NCBI GenBank assembly: GCA_036732145.1
Contig: DAINCY010000005.1
Coordinates: 443-64,442, forward strand
DNA length: 64,000 nt
Source of the DNA: Candidatus Dormiibacterota bacterium
GTDB taxonomy: Bacteria > Chloroflexota > Dormibacteria > Aeolococcales > Aeolococcaceae
Reading direction: 5' to 3'
Shown: positions 62,147 through 64,000 of the stretch, piece after piece
Layout: each line of letters opens with the position of its first letter
How positions within the stretch are numbered: position 1 is the first letter of the stretch
Position numbers and translations under genes: made by a program
Notes under the pieces: model-generated
Databases searched by the model: none
What the model was told of the DNA's origin: nothing
The model's input: only the letters and a program-made list of their open reading frames with translations

Positions 62147-63639
62147 CTGTCACAAGAGGCCCTGAGCCGGCGCTGGCTGCCGGACCGGCCGTGGTCACCG
62201 GCGGGGAGAACATGCTGGCTCGCGGTGCGCTCAGCACCTGGGACGCGATCGCGATCTCGGTCTCGGTGCTCGCACCGGGCATGGCCATGCTCCTCAACGT
62301 GCCCGGTGTCGCCCTGGTGGCCGGGGGCTCCACGCCGCTCGCATTCCTCCTGGGCGGGGTCGGTGTGCTCGCGCTCGCGTTCGTGATCATCGGGTTCACG
62401 CGCCGCATGGCGTCGGCGGGATACGCGTACACGTACGCCTCGCGGAGCATCGGCAAGGAGGGCGGCTTCGTCGCCGGGTGGCTGTACGCATTCGGCCTGG
62501 CCTGCTTCGTCCCGATGACCATGGCGGGAGTCGCCGGCCTGGCCATCAACCTGCTCGGGCTTGACACCAAGCTCTGGTTCCCGTTCTTCCTCCTCGGCAT
62601 GGCTCTGCTCGTGGTGCTGTCGATCATCCGGATCAAGGTCACCACGACGGTCCAGATGATCGTCGGTGCGATCACGATCGCCGTTATCGTCCTCGTCGAC
62701 CTCTTCGTCGTGGGCAAGGGCGGGGCGAGCGGCAACAGCGTGGAGCCCTTCACCTTCGGTCACACCGTGTCGGGCGGCTTCAACGGCGTGTTCTACGGGA
62801 TCATCCTCGGGGTCACCTCGTATATCGGCTTCGAGACCGCGGCCGACTTCGGAGAGGAGACGGCCAATCCGCGTCGCTCCATCCCGATCGCGATCATCGC
62901 CGCCACCGCGTTCGCGATCGTCTTCTACCTGCTCACCACCTACGCGATCACCATCGGCTTCGGCGTGACCAACGGGGCCGCGTTTGGGGCCGATTCGTTC
63001 GCACTCAAGACCGTCGCCGGCAAATTCATCGGCGGCCCATTCCCGACGCTCATCGAGATCGGCGGCATGCTCTCGGCTTTCATTGTCTGCCTGGCCTGCG
63101 CGACGGCCGCGGCCCGGACGCTCTTCGCGATGGGTCGAGAGGGAGTGCTGCCGGGCTGGTTCTCGAAGACGAATCCACGGTTCAAGACTCCCGTCAACGC
63201 CACCGTGACCGTCGCACTGGTCGCCACAGCAGCGGCGGCCCTCATCGGCTTCGTGTACCCGCAGGACGCCTTTGGTGGCGCGACGACGACCATCTACTTC
63301 TTCTACGCGACGCTGGGCACACTGGCGGTGATCCTCGTGTACATCATGCTGTGCTTCGGTGGCATGGTCTTCTTCCGGCGCACCAAGGCGAGCTACAACG
63401 TGCTTGTGCATGCGCTGGTGCCGCTCATCGGCGCGGTGGTCTTCGGCGCCGCCCTCTACGGATCGGTGTATCCGCAGCCACCGTTCCCGCTCAACTTGAC
63501 GCCGTATATCACCGCAGCATGGCTGGTCATCGGAATCGTCGCCGTGGTCGTGCTGCGGTCGCAGAACCCGGCGGCCGTCGGGCGCATCGGCTCCATTCTC
63601 GGTGAGGAGGGGGGCGAGGACGCCAAGTTGCTCGGGTGA
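62143..63639 (+). CDS. APC superfamily amino acid/polyamine permease
   Basis: 498 aa and about 12 helices, with the typical GFETAADFGEETANPRRSIP segment. Confidence 0.85.
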   Translation: MTVTRGPEPALAAGPAVVTGGENMLARGALSTWDAIAISVSVLAPGMAMLLNVPGVALVAGGSTPLAFLLGGVGVLALAFVIIGFTRRMASAGYAYTYASRSIGKEGGFVAGWLYAFGLACFVPMTMAGVAGLAINLLGLDTKLWFPFFLLGMALLVVLSIIRIKVTTTVQMIVGAITIAVIVLVDLFVVGKGGASGNSVEPFTFGHTVSGGFNGVFYGIILGVTSYIGFETAADFGEETANPRRSIPIAIIAATAFAIVFYLLTTYAITIGFGVTNGAAFGADSFALKTVAGKFIGGPFPTLIEIGGMLSAFIVCLACATAAARTLFAMGREGVLPGWFSKTNPRFKTPVNATVTVALVATAAAALIGFVYPQDAFGGATTTIYFFYATLGTLAVILVYIMLCFGGMVFFRRTKASYNVLVHALVPLIGAVVFGAALYGSVYPQPPFPLNLTPYITAAWLVIGIVAVVVLRSQNPAAVGRIGSILGEEGGEDAKLLG

Positions 63640-64000
63640 TCGATGACCACGTTCATCCGTTTCCACTCGCCTTCGAGTCGCTTCAACTGGCGAGCTTCAC
63701 GCTCGATGCCGCGGAGGGGGTGGAGGCCGATGGCCGGCGGCTGAGGCTGGCGCCGACCCGGCTGGCGACGGAGATGTTGCGCGTCCGCTTGGCTCGTCAC
63801 CTGGGGTGCGAGCCGGCGGACGTCCTGGCAGCCCGCGAGGACGCGGCCGGGGCCGACTGGCCAGGGTATGTGCGCGCGCTGTTTGCCGACTCTGGAACCA
63901 CGGGGATGCTCATGGACGCCGGGTGGCAGGGCTCGCCGCCGGGCGGGGCTGCAGCGTACGCGGACCTGGCTGGTGTTCCGGTGTGGGAATTGGCACGCCT
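63636..64000 (+). CDS. metal-dependent amidohydrolase family protein, 5' part (runs off the window)
   Basis: The GTG start forms a GTGA overlap with the permease stop. The frame stays open to position 64000 and the N-terminus is VIDDHVHPFPL (HxH metal motif). It is absent from the ORF track because it has no stop in the window. Confidence 0.55.
   Translation, partial: MIDDHVHPFPLAFESLQLASFTLDAAEGVEADGRRLRLAPTRLATEMLRVRLARHLGCEPADVLAAREDAAGADWPGYVRALFADSGTTGMLMDAGWQGSPPGGAAAYADLAGVPVWELAR

Noticed and set aside
62077-63666. 529-aa minus-strand ORF
   Set aside because: It is antisense to the APC permease. It is extremely Arg/Asp/Glu/His-rich and has no hydrophobic core.

Overview
Very GC-rich, gene-dense bacterial chromosome segment with strong G/C third-position bias, many GTG/TTG starts and frequent ATGA/GTGA start-stop overlaps. 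It has an actinobacterial flavour (MshA-like GT4, SoxR, LMW-PTP ArsC, apparently leaderless promoters). I support about 70 protein genes. I saw no rRNA, tRNA, CRISPR array, transposase or integrase. Layout: (i) 64-5284: envelope beta-propeller protein plus HtrA-like protease, a methyltransferase, a histidine phosphatase and a short FAD-binding protein. (ii) 5365-19936: complete 14-gene nuoA-N Complex I operon on the minus strand, immediately preceded by a DUF2231-Rieske fusion gene. (iii) 21.2-25.0 kb: MarR, PrsW-like zinc-ribbon membrane protein, MshA-like glycosyltransferase and a conserved hypothetical. (iv) 25.4-31.0 kb: cobalamin riboswitch, then two wall-anchored surface proteins and a dedicated ECF transporter (T, fused A-A', S). 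(v) 31-37 kb: Fpr, MFS, archaeal-type TyrRS, LOG-like protein, TrpRS, dodecin, DoxX. (vi) 37.2-41.0 kb: a patch that looks less GC-rich by eye, with an MFS, a polytopic histidine kinase and a receiver-only response regulator. (vii) 41.0-44.7 kb: soxR with a divergent SDR / QueA-like / NTF2-like / PhzF-like operon. (viii) 45-51.5 kb and 56.3-64 kb: two amine/polyamine-type catabolic modules. (ix) Between those modules lie a 1.4-kb arsR / Cys-rich mini-ORF / cadI-arsI / arsC cassette bounded by perfect 19-bp direct repeats, a Tat-signal propeller protein and tatA-tatC. The best candidates for something new are the riboswitch-controlled 'split transcobalamin-like' surface pair feeding the ECF importer, the CxCxCxC mini-ORF translationally coupled to cadI/arsI, the repeat-bounded ars cassette, the SoxR-controlled QueA-like/PhzF-like operon, and two unusually long structured intergenic regions (38.5-38.9 kb and 44.66-45.01 kb). 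Many long ORFs in the supplied track are antisense artefacts of high GC and were discarded. Trimmed start coordinates were obtained by counting codons in the supplied translations and checking the codon in the sequence. No database search or computation was run.
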